A DNA stretch of 64,000 nucleotides from Candidatus Micrarchaeia archaeon (GCA_038886535.1 JAVZXS010000002.1:128001-192000); one strand, 5' to 3'. Shown: positions 49,355 through 60,154, counted from the first letter of the stretch. The notes: generated by a model not told the origin, from the sequence alone. A program made the numbers and translations.

Positions 49355-49960
49355 TTATCTTGCGCTTCTTGCCATTCTTTCTGTTTCATCCTTCTTCTTT
49401 ATTGCATAGCTGTTTACATCTCCAGTTGCTGCGAGTATTATTTCATTTGCAAGCGCTTCTGCGAGTGTGGCTTTCTTATCGAAAGATGAGATTATAGCTG
49501 CAAGGCTTATGTTTCTAAGAGCCATATCTACTCTTCTTTTTGGAGAAACATCTACTGCGACCTGGTATCTTACTCCTCCGTATTCCACTCTTGTTACGTC
49601 TTCTCTCGGAGCGCTGTTTTCTATTGCTTTTATGAGGTATTGGATTGGATTTTGCTTTGTTTTTTCATGAATTATGTCGAAAGCCTCTTCTACTATTTTT
49701 ATTACTCTCGTCTTCTTGCCTTGCAACTTTCCATGGGTTCTTATTAGCTTTCCTCCTACCTTTTCACCAGTTCCTCCTCTCATTAACTTGTTTACAAGCC
49801 TTTCCACTATGTTCTTTTCTATTCTTTTCTTTCTTTTTCCAACTCTACCAAAAGTGTGAGGCATTACTGAAGGTCTTAGATTTATGTAATCCTTCATTGT
49901 CTCATCAGTGATTTGTACATTGTAATCATATTTGTTGAAAAGCTTATCATTGATTTCCAT
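49355..49960 (-). CDS. rps7: 30S ribosomal protein uS7
   Basis: IVERLVNKLMR, ENSAPRED and ERMARSAR. Confidence 0.97.
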   Translation of the reverse strand: MEINDKLFNKYDYNVQITDETMKDYINLRPSVMPHTFGRVGKRKKRIEKNIVERLVNKLMRGGTGEKVGGKLIRTHGKLQGKKTRVIKIVEEAFDIIHEKTKQNPIQYLIKAIENSAPREDVTRVEYGGVRYQVAVDVSPKRRVDMALRNISLAAIISSFDKKATLAEALANEIILAATGDVNSYAIKKKDETERMARSAR

Positions 49961-49998
49961 AATATCACTCTATTAAATTTAATTAAGAGAATAGAGAA

Positions 49999-50421
49999 TT
50001 ATCTTCTCGGTTTCTCTTTCTTACCTTTTCTTATCTGCTCAAGAGAAGTATTGTTTACGGCTATCACCTTATATCTGACGCCAGGGATTGAACCCATCTG
50101 TCCTCTTTGTGATCCACCAAGTCCTTCGACTAAAACTTCATCATGTTCATCTATGTGATTTATTGCTCCATCTCGGGGTGCGAATGCAGTGATTATCTTG
50201 CCGTTCTTTATTAACTGTATCTTTACGCATTTGATAAGACCAGAGTGAGGCTGCTTTTGCTCAAGCACTTTCTTTTCTAGCACTATTCCTCTTGCTGCAT
50301 GAGCTCCCTCGAGAGGATCGTATTTCTCTTTGAGTTTTTCAACTTTTCTTCTCCATGTTTTCTTTAACCATCTGTATTTCTTTCTTTTCTTTAATATATC
50401 TCTTCCAGAGAATTCTCCCAT
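49999..50421 (-). CDS. rps12: 30S ribosomal protein uS12
   Basis: [26 protein letters not shown] and GKKEKPRR. Confidence 0.97.
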   Translation of the reverse strand: MGEFSGRDILKKRKKYRWLKKTWRRKVEKLKEKYDPLEGAHAARGIVLEKKVLEQKQPHSGLIKCVKIQLIKNGKIITAFAPRDGAINHIDEHDEVLVEGLGGSQRGQMGSIPGVRYKVIAVNNTSLEQIRKGKKEKPRR

Positions 50422-50439
50422 ATAATTACACCTTATAAT

Positions 50440-50547
50440 GTTTAACAGCGCCAGCTGGTAAACTTAAGAACACTCATTTCGAGTGTTGTAAATATAATTG
50501 TATTAATCTATTTTAAGCCCGCTGCACAGAAAAAGTTCTGTAAGGGC
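50440..50547 (-). promoter_or_regulatory. Putative structured 5' leader of rps12
   Basis: Three hairpins at 50440-50463, 50469-50487 and 50517-50547 in an otherwise AT-rich spacer. Confidence 0.5.
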
Positions 50548-50633
50548 ACTTATTTGATGAAATTTGGATATCTAGGATAATATATAATATATATATTTGT
50601 AGTGTTTTTAAATCTTATTTTATTACCCTTTAA

Positions 50634-51035
50634 TCATGCTCTTATCTCAATTTTCTTAAAGTTTCTTTCAACAAGTACATTTGCGAGCTTTATTTTATTT
50701 CCACCTCTTCCGATGACATACTTCCTATCTTCGGAGCTTGTTATTACCCTAGCAGTGTCACCTTCTATTACAACGTTTACTTTTATAGGTGCAAATATGT
50801 TGCTAATAAATCTTTCGAGTTCTTCAGACCATTCTATAACTACTATATCTCTTTTAAGCTTCTTTTTAAGATTATTAATCATCTTTCCTCCAGGTCCTAT
50901 AACCTTTCCAACATCTCCTTCTGCAACTACGATAGCAAGCGTTTTTCCATCGTCATATACATCTCTTATCGCTGCACGAGTTGCATCCTGAAGGAACATC
51001 ATCATTTTAATATCTTCATTAGATAGTTTTGTCAT
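50634..51035 (-). CDS. nusA: Archaeal NusA
   Basis: Two KH motifs (IGPGG, IGRGG); conserved position in the operon. Confidence 0.93.
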   Translation of the reverse strand: MTKLSNEDIKMMMFLQDATRAAIRDVYDDGKTLAIVVAEGDVGKVIGPGGKMINNLKKKLKRDIVVIEWSEELERFISNIFAPIKVNVVIEGDTARVITSSEDRKYVIGRGGNKIKLANVLVERNFKKIEIRA

Positions 51036-51054
51036 TAGATCTCCTTTTTATACT

Positions 51055-51357
51055 TTACTCAGCGATTTTTAGAATCTCTGAATCACCAGGTTCTATTATC
51101 GCCATCATGAGTACTGGAAAAGGTTTTCCAGCTAACGATCCTAACTCTATTGAGGGATAATTCAATTCCTTGTAAGGAACTTTAGAATTTTTACATATCT
51201 CTATTATTTCATTCTTTAAGTTTTTTGGACAATTTCCAGCTAAAAGTATAAGCTTTGCATTTCCATGTGCAGCTAGATATTTACAGGTTCTTGTTCCAAA
51301 TTCTACCTTTCCAGTATCAACACATATTCTTATTGATTTTTCAATATCGATATTCAT
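51055..51357 (-). CDS. rpl30e: 50S ribosomal protein eL30
   Basis: DTGKVEFG, ELGSLAGKPF and PGDSEI. Confidence 0.95.
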   Translation of the reverse strand: MNIDIEKSIRICVDTGKVEFGTRTCKYLAAHGNAKLILLAGNCPKNLKNEIIEICKNSKVPYKELNYPSIELGSLAGKPFPVLMMAIIEPGDSEILKIAE

Positions 51358-51383
51358 ATTTTCACCTATAGTAAAAATTTAAT

Positions 51384-52409
51384 TTATTTAGTTTCATGTT
51401 TCATTGTAAGCTTAACAAGACCAGTTCCTAACGGAACAGGTTGTCCTATTAATATGTTTTCAGTTACTCCTTTTAACCTATCTTCTTCTCCATTTATTGC
51501 AGCGTTAACTAAGTGTTTCACAGTTTCTTCAAATGCTGCTCTTGCAAGAACAGATGGTTTTCTTCCACTAAGACCATGTCTTCCTACCGAAATAACCTCT
51601 CCATCAACAGTCATTGCGTCCGCAAGAAGACAAATGTGTCTTATATCCACATCTGTTTTCTGAGTTTTCATAGTAGTATATATCTCATTAACTATTGCAT
51701 TTCTTGCAGCCTCTATTCCAAATAAATTGTAGATTTCCATTATATCATTTGTAATAGATCTAGTCGGATCGACGTGCGGGAATTTAAATAATTCTGTAAG
51801 ATTTGATCCACCTGCAATAATTATCCATTCACCATTTTCATCTTGGGTTACAACTGGTTTCGTTATTCCACTAACACCTTTAATATGTAGATTTTTCAAT
51901 TTATTTGTGAATTTTCTTAACATTCTTAATGGTGTATTTTTGGCTGTAAGAAGAACTTTATCAGCTTGATGTTTCATTGTGATGTTAGGTTCTAATTCTG
52001 CTTTTATTTTCTTCTTTACCTGAATAAGATCTATATTTTTTTGTTTTATTTCATCTTTATCTATTTTTATCAATACTTGTTTCTTTTTAAAGTCTTCAGA
52101 AAAGGTTGCAATATCATTGAGTATAACTTGGTCTATTTCATTTGCTATTTCTTCTACCTTTTTCTTGTCTTTATATTTCTCTTTGAGGTATATCATAACG
52201 ATGGGTTTTTTAGGTTTCTTTTTTGCATCTACTATTTCAATGAGTCTCGGAAGACCTGTTGGTACTGCCTCGACTACTCCAGGAAGGTGGAAGGTACGCA
52301 TAGTCATTTGTGTTCCAGGTTCACCTAAGGAATGTGCAGCAAGTATTCCTACTCCCTCTCCAGGAGTTATCATAATATCTTTTTTCTCTTTATCAATATG
52401 TTTTGTCAT
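51384..52409 (-). CDS. rpoA2: RNA polymerase subunit A'' (Rpo1C)
   Basis: [32 protein letters not shown] and GVTENIL. Confidence 0.96.
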   Translation of the reverse strand: MTKHIDKEKKDIMITPGEGVGILAAHSLGEPGTQMTMRTFHLPGVVEAVPTGLPRLIEIVDAKKKPKKPIVMIYLKEKYKDKKKVEEIANEIDQVILNDIATFSEDFKKKQVLIKIDKDEIKQKNIDLIQVKKKIKAELEPNITMKHQADKVLLTAKNTPLRMLRKFTNKLKNLHIKGVSGITKPVVTQDENGEWIIIAGGSNLTELFKFPHVDPTRSITNDIMEIYNLFGIEAARNAIVNEIYTTMKTQKTDVDIRHICLLADAMTVDGEVISVGRHGLSGRKPSVLARAAFEETVKHLVNAAINGEEDRLKGVTENILIGQPVPLGTGLVKLTMKHETK

Positions 52410-52425
52410 TATATCACCTTTATAT

Positions 52426-54987
52426 TTATTCTTTCTCAGGTACGCCTACAGGTGTTAAGAGCTCTTCTTTTATTTTCTTTATTTTCATAGTGTCTCTTCC
52501 ATCTCCACCATATATGAATTGTACGATCTTTCCACTTCCGTCTCTAACACTGTAATCATCTTTTACAATCAGATCCTGAAGTGCATTAATCATTCTTCTT
52601 TGCATGTATCCAGATCGTGCAGTTCTTATTGCAGTGTTAACTATAGATTCTCTTGCAGACATGGATTGGAAGAAGTACTCAATCGGGTCAAGACCATCTA
52701 TAAAATTGGATCTAATAAATCCTCGAGCTACAGCACTTAAATCCTTTGGTTTAAAGTGAGAAAGTGTCCTATATCTGTATCCTCTGTGTAATCTTTTTTC
52801 TCTTACTACTTGCTGTGCAACAGCTCCAGACATCTGTGTAACGTTTGTCATAGAACCTCTCGCTCCAATCTTTGCTATTATAATAGCATTATTTTCTTGA
52901 CCTAAGTCCTCTTCTAATACTTTACTCATATCATTTCTAATTTTTCCAAGAGTATCAACCGCTTTACTCTCTAAGGTTTCTTTAAGACTCTTTCCAGGTT
53001 CTCTTTCAAGAGTTTTATTCTTATATTGCATTATGTATACATTTACTTGCTTTTCCGCATTTTCAACAATTTCTTTGATCTTTTTCTTTCCTTCTTCAGA
53101 TACAGTGTAATCCTTCAAACTTACAGTCATTCCCTTTATAGTTATAATTTCAGCTGCAATTCTTCCGATAGCATCTATGAATTTTCTTGCTTCTTCATGC
53201 CCATAATTTAAGGTTATTGCTTCTACAATTGCATTTAAAGATTTCTTTTCAAAATATCCACTTATCACTTTTCCATCTTTTATTTCAACAATGCTTTTAT
53301 CACTACCCTTCTTTCCAATTTTAGATTCAACCCTAAGATTCAATCCCTTTGGCAAAATTTGAGAGAGTATCAATTTTCCACTATATCTATCTTTTACATC
53401 TGGTTTAGGAAGTTCATATATTCCTGCCATAGCTAAAAGGTCTGCTGCTTGGCTTTTTGTGAATGTTGTTTCATCAAGTGATAAAAGATAGGTTCCAGTT
53501 ATACGATCTTGTGTCGGACCAATTATTGCATGGCCATGACGTGGTGAAATTATTTGTTTTTCTACCAGCATTAATGTTTCAGCCTCTGCTCTCGCCTCTT
53601 CTTTCTGAGGAACATGTATATTCATTTCATCTCCATCGAAGTCAGCATTGTATGGGGTTGTGACAGAGGGTGGAACTCTGAACGTCTTTCCAGGTAATAT
53701 CTTTACTCTGTGAGCCATTATAGACATTCTGTGAAGAGATGGATAACGATTGAATAATACTATATCTCCATCCATGAGTTGTCTTTCAACAGTCCATCCA
53801 GCAGCAATTTCCTTTATTAATTCTTCTTTATTAGCGTCTGTAACCTTTCTTCTTCTTCCATTTGGAGAGGTTACATAAATAGCTCTTGGTTTTTCATTTG
53901 AAGTTATCATTTTCTTGCATTCCTCAAGGTTCCAGTCAGTAACTTTAACAGGCACAGTCAATTCATCAGCTATCTGCTGTGGAACTCCTACTTCATTTAT
54001 AGAGATGCATCCGTCCGGGGACACTACAGTTCTTGCACTGAAGTTTACTCTTTTTCCAGAAAGGTTGTATCTGAATCTTCCCTCCTTTCCTTTAAGACGT
54101 TGGGCCAATGTTTTTAATGGCATTCCTGACCTGTGAGTTGCAGGAGGTATGTTAGGGCTTTCGTTATTGAAATAAGTGGTAACATGATATTGGAGAAGTT
54201 CCCACAAATCCTCTATGATGAGTTGAGGTGCCCCTGCATTTATGTTAGATTCCAATCTCTGATTTATTCTCAAAACTTCTACAAGCTTATGAGTAAGGTT
54301 GTCTTCGCTTCTTTCACCACTTTCAAGAGTTATAGAAGGTCTTACATTGACAGGTGGAACAGGTAAAACGGTAAGGACTGCCCATTCAGGTCTGCTGTAT
54401 TCAGGATCAAAGCCTAGCTCTCTTAAGTCATCATCCGAAATCTTAGCTAATCTGTCTCTTACCTCTGTAGGAAGCATTAATCTGTCATCTTCATAGAAGT
54501 TGGTTGGTCTCTCAAACTTTATTTCTTTTTGTTCAGTTTGGCAGTGAGGACACTTCTTAACTTTCTTAGTTCTTGCAAGAATTGTAGCAATCATTTCGTC
54601 CCTTGTCATTAAGCTACTTTTTATTTCATCTATTTCCTCCTTTGTAAGTAGTACTTTTCCACATGAATTACAAGTTGACCTTAGAAACATATATATCATT
54701 GGGGCGAATTCTGGATGTATCACAGGCCTTATCAGTTCTATTGAACCAAAATGACCAGGGCATGTTCTGACTGTTCCTCCACATGTCTTACATCTTAAAC
54801 CAGGATCTATAACACCCATTCTTAAGTCTGCAAATCCTCCTTCAATAGGATATCCATCATCATTATATGTATCAGGTACAAAAAGTTTTACTGCAGACAT
54901 CTTTCTAATCATCTCTGGAGAGAAAAGAGTGAACTTTATTTTACTTATGTATTTTTCGAAAATTTCATTTTCATCTAATGTTGCCAC
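52426..54987 (-). CDS. rpoA1: RNA polymerase subunit A' (Rpo1N)
   Basis: [26 protein letters not shown] and SGYMQRR. Start moved to GTG 54987, behind a GGTGGT RBS. Confidence 0.97.
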   Translation of the reverse strand: MATLDENEIFEKYISKIKFTLFSPEMIRKMSAVKLFVPDTYNDDGYPIEGGFADLRMGVIDPGLRCKTCGGTVRTCPGHFGSIELIRPVIHPEFAPMIYMFLRSTCNSCGKVLLTKEEIDEIKSSLMTRDEMIATILARTKKVKKCPHCQTEQKEIKFERPTNFYEDDRLMLPTEVRDRLAKISDDDLRELGFDPEYSRPEWAVLTVLPVPPVNVRPSITLESGERSEDNLTHKLVEVLRINQRLESNINAGAPQLIIEDLWELLQYHVTTYFNNESPNIPPATHRSGMPLKTLAQRLKGKEGRFRYNLSGKRVNFSARTVVSPDGCISINEVGVPQQIADELTVPVKVTDWNLEECKKMITSNEKPRAIYVTSPNGRRRKVTDANKEELIKEIAAGWTVERQLMDGDIVLFNRYPSLHRMSIMAHRVKILPGKTFRVPPSVTTPYNADFDGDEMNIHVPQKEEARAEAETLMLVEKQIISPRHGHAIIGPTQDRITGTYLLSLDETTFTKSQAADLLAMAGIYELPKPDVKDRYSGKLILSQILPKGLNLRVESKIGKKGSDKSIVEIKDGKVISGYFEKKSLNAIVEAITLNYGHEEARKFIDAIGRIAAEIITIKGMTVSLKDYTVSEEGKKKIKEIVENAEKQVNVYIMQYKNKTLEREPGKSLKETLESKAVDTLGKIRNDMSKVLEEDLGQENNAIIIAKIGARGSMTNVTQMSGAVAQQVVREKRLHRGYRYRTLSHFKPKDLSAVARGFIRSNFIDGLDPIEYFFQSMSARESIVNTAIRTARSGYMQRRMINALQDLIVKDDYSVRDGSGKIVQFIYGGDGRDTMKIKKIKEELLTPVGVPEKE

Positions 54988-55024
54988 ACTACCACCATTA
55001 ATATTATAAACAAATAATGAAAAA

Positions 55025-56863
55025 CTATTCATCTGTCTTATTGCTTGTAATCATTCTTGGGAAGATTCCGAGTGATTTTATTTCATCAATTAGAAGTTTA
55101 AATGCATAAGACATCTCTACTTGTGAGAAGTTTGTAGAATCGCAGATAGGACATATTGGTTTGTTCTTGAGATAATCATAGTATCCAAACGACCCACATT
55201 CATTACAGATTATCTGGACTGTTTTATCTGATTCATCCATTAAACGTTCTTTGAGTAGCATAGTTGCTCCATATCCTATGATACAATCTCTTTCCATTTC
55301 TCCTAATCTAAGACCACCTTCTCTTGATCTTCCTTCTGTTGGCTGGTGGGTCAAAAGTTGTACTGGACCTCTACTTCTTGCATGTATTTTGTTAGAGACA
55401 AGATGTTGCAGTCTTTGATAGTAGATTACACCTATAAATATCTCTGCTTCAATTCTTTCTCCTGTAACACCATCATAAAGAACTTCATAACCATTAGGTT
55501 CAAATCCGTATTTCTTTAAAGTTTCTTTTGCCTCATCTAAATTCGCTGGTGTGAAAGTAGTTCCATCAACACGTTTTCCTTCGAAACAAGCAGCCTTTCC
55601 TAAGAGTGTTTCAAGAAGATGACCAACTGTCATACGAGAAGGAATTGCGTGGGGGTTAATAATCAAATCAGGTACAATACCATCTTTTGTAAACGGCATA
55701 CTCTCCTGAGGTACAAGTAATCCTATAACTCCTTTCTGTCCGTGTCTAGATGCAACTTTGTCACCATTTTCAGGTATTTTTGTTTCTCTTACTCTAACCT
55801 TCACCATTTTATTTCCAGAAGGACTTTGGGTAATAAGAACAGAATCGACTATTCCTTTTTCTTCTGCCTTAAGTGTAACTGAACTCTCTTTCTTTTTTTC
55901 TTCAGCTATTCCAAATGCACTCACTTCTTCGAGGAATCTTGGAGGAGAAGTTTTTCCTACTAATACATCTCTTCCTCCTACTTCTATTCCAGGTGATATT
56001 AATCCATCTTCATCTAAATATTTATATGCATTCTCTCCTCTATACCCATTAACTGTAGGGACAGGAATTTCAAATTTATCTTTTTGTCCTCCAGGATACC
56101 TTCTTTCCTCTGTCGAATACGTTTTAAACATTTCAACTCTAAGTAATCCCCTGTCTACAGCGGATTTGTTAACAACAACTGCATCTTCCATGTTGAATCC
56201 TCTATAACTCATTACTGCAACAACCAAATTATTTCCTCCTATTCTTTTATCAGTTCCAAGTATCTTTTGAGGCCTAGTTGTTACAATTGGAGTTTGAGGA
56301 TAGAACATCACATACGCTTTTGTATCGTATCTCAATGAATAGTTGGAAGCATATAATCCCAGCGCCTGTTTAGCCATAGAGCAAGCCATGGTAGTTCTTG
56401 GTGATGAATTGTATTCTTGCATTGGCAGTTGAGATGTAACGAAACTGAGTATACCTACTGGATCGATTTCAAGGTGTGTGTGCTCTGGCGTTATATCTTC
56501 TTCTCTAACTGCTATATAAGAAAGAGTGTCTTCCTCTCCAGGATCCAAATACTCTATTATACCGTTTCTTATTAAATCTTTCCATTCAATTTCATTGTTT
56601 TTTATTTTCGCTTTAATTTCTGGGGTTAGCTTAGATTTTCCATTTTCTACTATTATTAAAGGTCTTCTGCTTCTTCCTCCATCGCTGTTTATGTAGACTT
56701 CTTTAAGCTTTGGATAAAATTCTACATTAACCTCATGATTTATTTCACCGTTTCTTCTTTTTCTAATTATCTCGCGTACGAGCTCTTCACCATTTGGATG
56801 AGAACCAACAATTTTACCATTAAGATATACTATGAATTCATCACTTTTCTTTGCCACGTTCAC
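55025..56863 (-). CDS. rpoB1: RNA polymerase subunit B' (Rpo2C)
   Basis: GDKVASRHGQKG, NPHAIPSRMT, GGLRLGEMERD and Zn ribbon. Confidence 0.97.
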   Translation of the reverse strand: MNVAKKSDEFIVYLNGKIVGSHPNGEELVREIIRKRRNGEINHEVNVEFYPKLKEVYINSDGGRSRRPLIIVENGKSKLTPEIKAKIKNNEIEWKDLIRNGIIEYLDPGEEDTLSYIAVREEDITPEHTHLEIDPVGILSFVTSQLPMQEYNSSPRTTMACSMAKQALGLYASNYSLRYDTKAYVMFYPQTPIVTTRPQKILGTDKRIGGNNLVVAVMSYRGFNMEDAVVVNKSAVDRGLLRVEMFKTYSTEERRYPGGQKDKFEIPVPTVNGYRGENAYKYLDEDGLISPGIEVGGRDVLVGKTSPPRFLEEVSAFGIAEEKKKESSVTLKAEEKGIVDSVLITQSPSGNKMVKVRVRETKIPENGDKVASRHGQKGVIGLLVPQESMPFTKDGIVPDLIINPHAIPSRMTVGHLLETLLGKAACFEGKRVDGTTFTPANLDEAKETLKKYGFEPNGYEVLYDGVTGERIEAEIFIGVIYYQRLQHLVSNKIHARSRGPVQLLTHQPTEGRSREGGLRLGEMERDCIIGYGATMLLKERLMDESDKTVQIICNECGSFGYYDYLKNKPICPICDSTNFSQVEMSYAFKLLIDEIKSLGIFPRMITSNKTDE

Positions 56864-56915
56864 ACCTTTTTAATTTAGTATTAACATCAAATATTGAAAC
56901 TCATCATTGTGAAAA

Positions 56916-58382
56916 TCATTTTATAGCTGTTACTCCAATTTTCTTTAGAATACTCTCCACTTCTTTTTCATCTACTCCAATTGAAATTTCGTTTGTTAAA
57001 GCCATATTCTTAACTAGAGATGCAGATGCACCTTCAGGAGTTTCATTTGGACATAACCTTCCAAACTGAGTTCCATGCAGATCTCTTGCTTCAAAGTGAG
57101 GATGCACTCTGCTAAGTGGTGAATTAATTCTTCTTAAATGCGATACTGTCGCTAAATAAGAAACTCTATCAAGAAGTTGACATACTCCTGTTTGACCGGC
57201 TATCCAGTTTCCAGTAGCCATTGCATATCTTATTCTATCACTTAAAGAATCAGGTCTCACAAATGTTTGTACGTCCTGTAATCTTCTTCCTCTTGCAACA
57301 GCTCTTTCTGCTTGGTAGGCTATATCTCTTACCAAGAACTGGAATGAGTATCTAAATAACTCTTCCATCAAAACTCCACTTAATTTAATTCTTTTATTTC
57401 CATAATGGTCTTTATCATCTGCAGGATATTTCTTGTTTGCTACAAGTGTTGTTCTTTGTGCCATTAATGCAAGGAATTTTGCTTTAAGATGCTTTGCAGC
57501 GGGAGTAGTTCCAAAATGAGGTAGCAAATAATTGTTTAACAACACTTCTACTCTTTTATCTCTATATTCTTTGGGTTGTCCAGGAACTGCTTTTTTACCA
57601 ATCTCATCTATTGCATCATCAACAGTCTTTACCTCACCAATTTCTATATTTAAAAGTACATCATTGATTATCTGCTTATCGTCGTCAAATAATTCAAGTA
57701 TATCCTCATCTTTCTTTATTCCAAGAGCACGAAGTACAACCATGAACGGTAGCTTAGGTGGAGCAGCTGGAAATTCAATAGTCCATGTACCATCTTCTGA
57801 TCTGTTTACCGCACATCTCATTCTTGCTCCGCCGCTTTGTGAAAATATCTTCGCTGTGATTATTGATCCTTGTTTTTCTTTGGTTACCATAATTCTATTT
57901 GCAATCAAATCCTCTATTCCGATTAAAACTCTTTCTGTTCCATTTATGATCATGTATCCTCCCGGATCCATTGGGTCTTCTCCTGCTTTTATCAGTTCTC
58001 CTCTTGACATTCCTTCAGTATAGCATATTTTCGATCTTACCATAGCAGGAATGTCTCCAATATATGCAATTGTAGTTTTTCTTTCAATATCATTTATTAT
58101 CGGGGTTATTTCCATATATACTCTTCCAGCATAAGTTAGGTCTCTTTGTCTTGCTTCCATAGGTAGAATCGGTCTTGTTGCAGAATCAGCTTCAATAACC
58201 ATAGGTTTCTCAACCCATGCCCTCCCAAGCTTAAGTTCATAATTCGGGACATTAGGCCTTATTACTCCAACTGAACTTACTATTCTTTGTATTCCTTCTT
58301 CTATAAACCTATTATATGAGTCAAGATGCTGCTTGACTAATTTATTTTCATTTAAATATTTCTCTAACAGATCCTTTGTCAC
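56916..58382 (-). CDS. rpoB2: RNA polymerase subunit B'' (Rpo2N)
   Basis: QHLDSYN, GGYMIINGTERV, DKDHYGNKR and CPNETPEG. Confidence 0.97.
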   Translation of the reverse strand: MTKDLLEKYLNENKLVKQHLDSYNRFIEEGIQRIVSSVGVIRPNVPNYELKLGRAWVEKPMVIEADSATRPILPMEARQRDLTYAGRVYMEITPIINDIERKTTIAYIGDIPAMVRSKICYTEGMSRGELIKAGEDPMDPGGYMIINGTERVLIGIEDLIANRIMVTKEKQGSIITAKIFSQSGGARMRCAVNRSEDGTWTIEFPAAPPKLPFMVVLRALGIKKDEDILELFDDDKQIINDVLLNIEIGEVKTVDDAIDEIGKKAVPGQPKEYRDKRVEVLLNNYLLPHFGTTPAAKHLKAKFLALMAQRTTLVANKKYPADDKDHYGNKRIKLSGVLMEELFRYSFQFLVRDIAYQAERAVARGRRLQDVQTFVRPDSLSDRIRYAMATGNWIAGQTGVCQLLDRVSYLATVSHLRRINSPLSRVHPHFEARDLHGTQFGRLCPNETPEGASASLVKNMALTNEISIGVDEKEVESILKKIGVTAIK

Positions 58383-58438
58383 GTAATCATCCCCATGAGC
58401 CGGATTTTATAAGTTTTTAGATCTCATTCGAGATCTAA

Positions 58439-58820
58439 GCTTTTAGATCAAGATCAAAAACAGAGGCACATCAAACAACCACTCTATAATAAATACTTTT
58501 TGCATGCCTTTCTTCTCTGTATATTTTTATTATGTCTCCTTTTTTCGGATTAAGATGTCTTATAGCCGGATCATCTATTTTAATTTTTGGTAACTGTTCT
58601 TTTGTAACATTAAGGCTCTCCAGCAACTTTTTTTCTTCTTCTTCTTTTAATATTTCATGCTTAGGAATTAGTTTATGCACTATAGGTTCATTTTCAAAAT
58701 TCGAAGTTTCGTGTTTTTTAACCTTAGTTTTGGCCAAATTACCACCATAGAATGCCGGTTAGATATCACTAAGGATAGCCTAACAACTAGCATTTCTTTC
58801 AGAGATCTAGATCTAAAAGC
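58439..58820. repeat. 17-bp inverted repeat (16/17 match) flanking rpoH
   Basis: 58439-58455 GCTTTTAGATCAAGATC versus the reverse complement of 58804-58820 GATCTAGATCTAAAAGC. Confidence 0.8.
58471..58737 (-). CDS. rpoH: RNA polymerase subunit H (Rpo5)
   Basis: HKLIPKHEIL, QLPKIKIDDP, GDIIKI and YYRVV. TTG start with GGTGGT RBS. Confidence 0.96.
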   Translation of the reverse strand: MAKTKVKKHETSNFENEPIVHKLIPKHEILKEEEEKKLLESLNVTKEQLPKIKIDDPAIRHLNPKKGDIIKIYREERHAKSIYYRVVV

Positions 58821-58969
58821 AAAATATATTAGTTATTAAGATTTATAAATATTTTGTTACTTTTAGATTTTTTTTCTTTTTTAATCGGCCAGTGGGATTT
58901 TTGGTTAGTTTTTTAAAACTCACTACATATTTCAATAATATAATTCAAATGTAATTAATCAGTGATAGA

Positions 58970-59338
58970 ATGAATGATATAGAAGAGAGGCTTTCTTTAA
59001 TACTTAAAGAAATTAAAAGTTCAGGAGATGTCGAGGCTTCTGTTATAATGAGAAGAGATGGAATAATTATATCTTCAGATTTTCAAAACATTTCTTCAAA
59101 AAATCTTTCAGTTATATCCTCCCTTATTTCAGTTGCTGAGTTATCTTCCCTAGAATTAAAACGTGGTGTTTTTCAAGAGATGATGATTGAGAGTGAAAAT
59201 GGTAAGATTATTTTAATTAATGCAGGAAAAAATGCAGTTTTACTTTCATTTGTTAAAAAGGAAGGAAATATAGGTTTTATTTTAATTACTTTAGAAAGCG
59301 CAGCAAAGAAGATACAAAGTATAATCGATAAAATTTAG
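58970..59338 (+). CDS. Roadblock/LC7 (MglB-like) domain protein
   Basis: VEASVIMRRDGIIISS...MMIESENGKIILINAG...NIGFI pattern. Confidence 0.85.
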   Translation: MNDIEERLSLILKEIKSSGDVEASVIMRRDGIIISSDFQNISSKNLSVISSLISVAELSSLELKRGVFQEMMIESENGKIILINAGKNAVLLSFVKKEGNIGFILITLESAAKKIQSIIDKI

Positions 59339-59363
59339 AAATTATATTTGATAGGTAGATAAA

Positions 59364-60101
59364 ATGGAAAATACAGTGAAGAGGAAGTTATTCTTTACCT
59401 CTCCTCCTAGGGTTCCTTCAGGTATATTTGGACTTGATGACATGATGGAGGGAGGTTTCGAAAAAAACAGTTTAAATCTCGTATGTGGAGAATTAGGATC
59501 AGGAAAAACTTTGTTTGCAATGCAATTCGTTTTCTTCGGTGCACAAAAGTATAATGATAATTCATTATTTATATCATTTGAAGAGACAAAGGATGAATTA
59601 AGAAGGAGAATGGGGAGATTTGGCTTTGATCTTACAGCACAAGAGGCGAGTGGAAAACTTTTGATTTATTCTTATTCTCCAAGAGAAGTAAACAAATTTA
59701 TTGAGGATCTTCCTAATATAGAAAGCTTGATAAAAAAGAATAAAATATCTAGAATAGCATTTGATTCTCTTACAACATACTCTGCTTTCTTCGATAATCC
59801 TTCAAGGAGGTCACTTGAGGTAATTTCATTGATCGATAAACTCAAAAAACTAGATTGCACATTTGTTATCACTTCTGATCTTAAATTACCTTCTAAGACA
59901 CTAGAAGCAGAGGAAGGATTGATCAATGAATATTTAGTTGATTCAGTAATTTCACTTTATTCTGTGAGAAGGGGAGATATTAGAGATTTTGGACTTGAGA
60001 TAATAAAAATGAGAGGTACAAATCATAGTAGAAAGATAGTTCCAATGAGAATCATACCCACAGGGATGATTGTATATCCAGATATGCCATTTATTAAGTA
60101 A
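59364..60101 (+). CDS. Single-domain KaiC/RAD55-like ATPase
   Basis: RVPSGIFGLD, GELGSGKT, ISFEE, RIAFDS and IIKMRGT. Confidence 0.9.
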   Translation: MENTVKRKLFFTSPPRVPSGIFGLDDMMEGGFEKNSLNLVCGELGSGKTLFAMQFVFFGAQKYNDNSLFISFEETKDELRRRMGRFGFDLTAQEASGKLLIYSYSPREVNKFIEDLPNIESLIKKNKISRIAFDSLTTYSAFFDNPSRRSLEVISLIDKLKKLDCTFVITSDLKLPSKTLEAEEGLINEYLVDSVISLYSVRRGDIRDFGLEIIKMRGTNHSRKIVPMRIIPTGMIVYPDMPFIK

Positions 60102-60154
60102 TCTTTATATAAGAATTCTAAAAATTATTTGATTAGGAAAATTATTTACTCTAG

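Noticed and set aside
51384..58382. Split RNA polymerase A and B subunits
   Set aside because: A normal arrangement in many archaea, not a frameshift or novelty.
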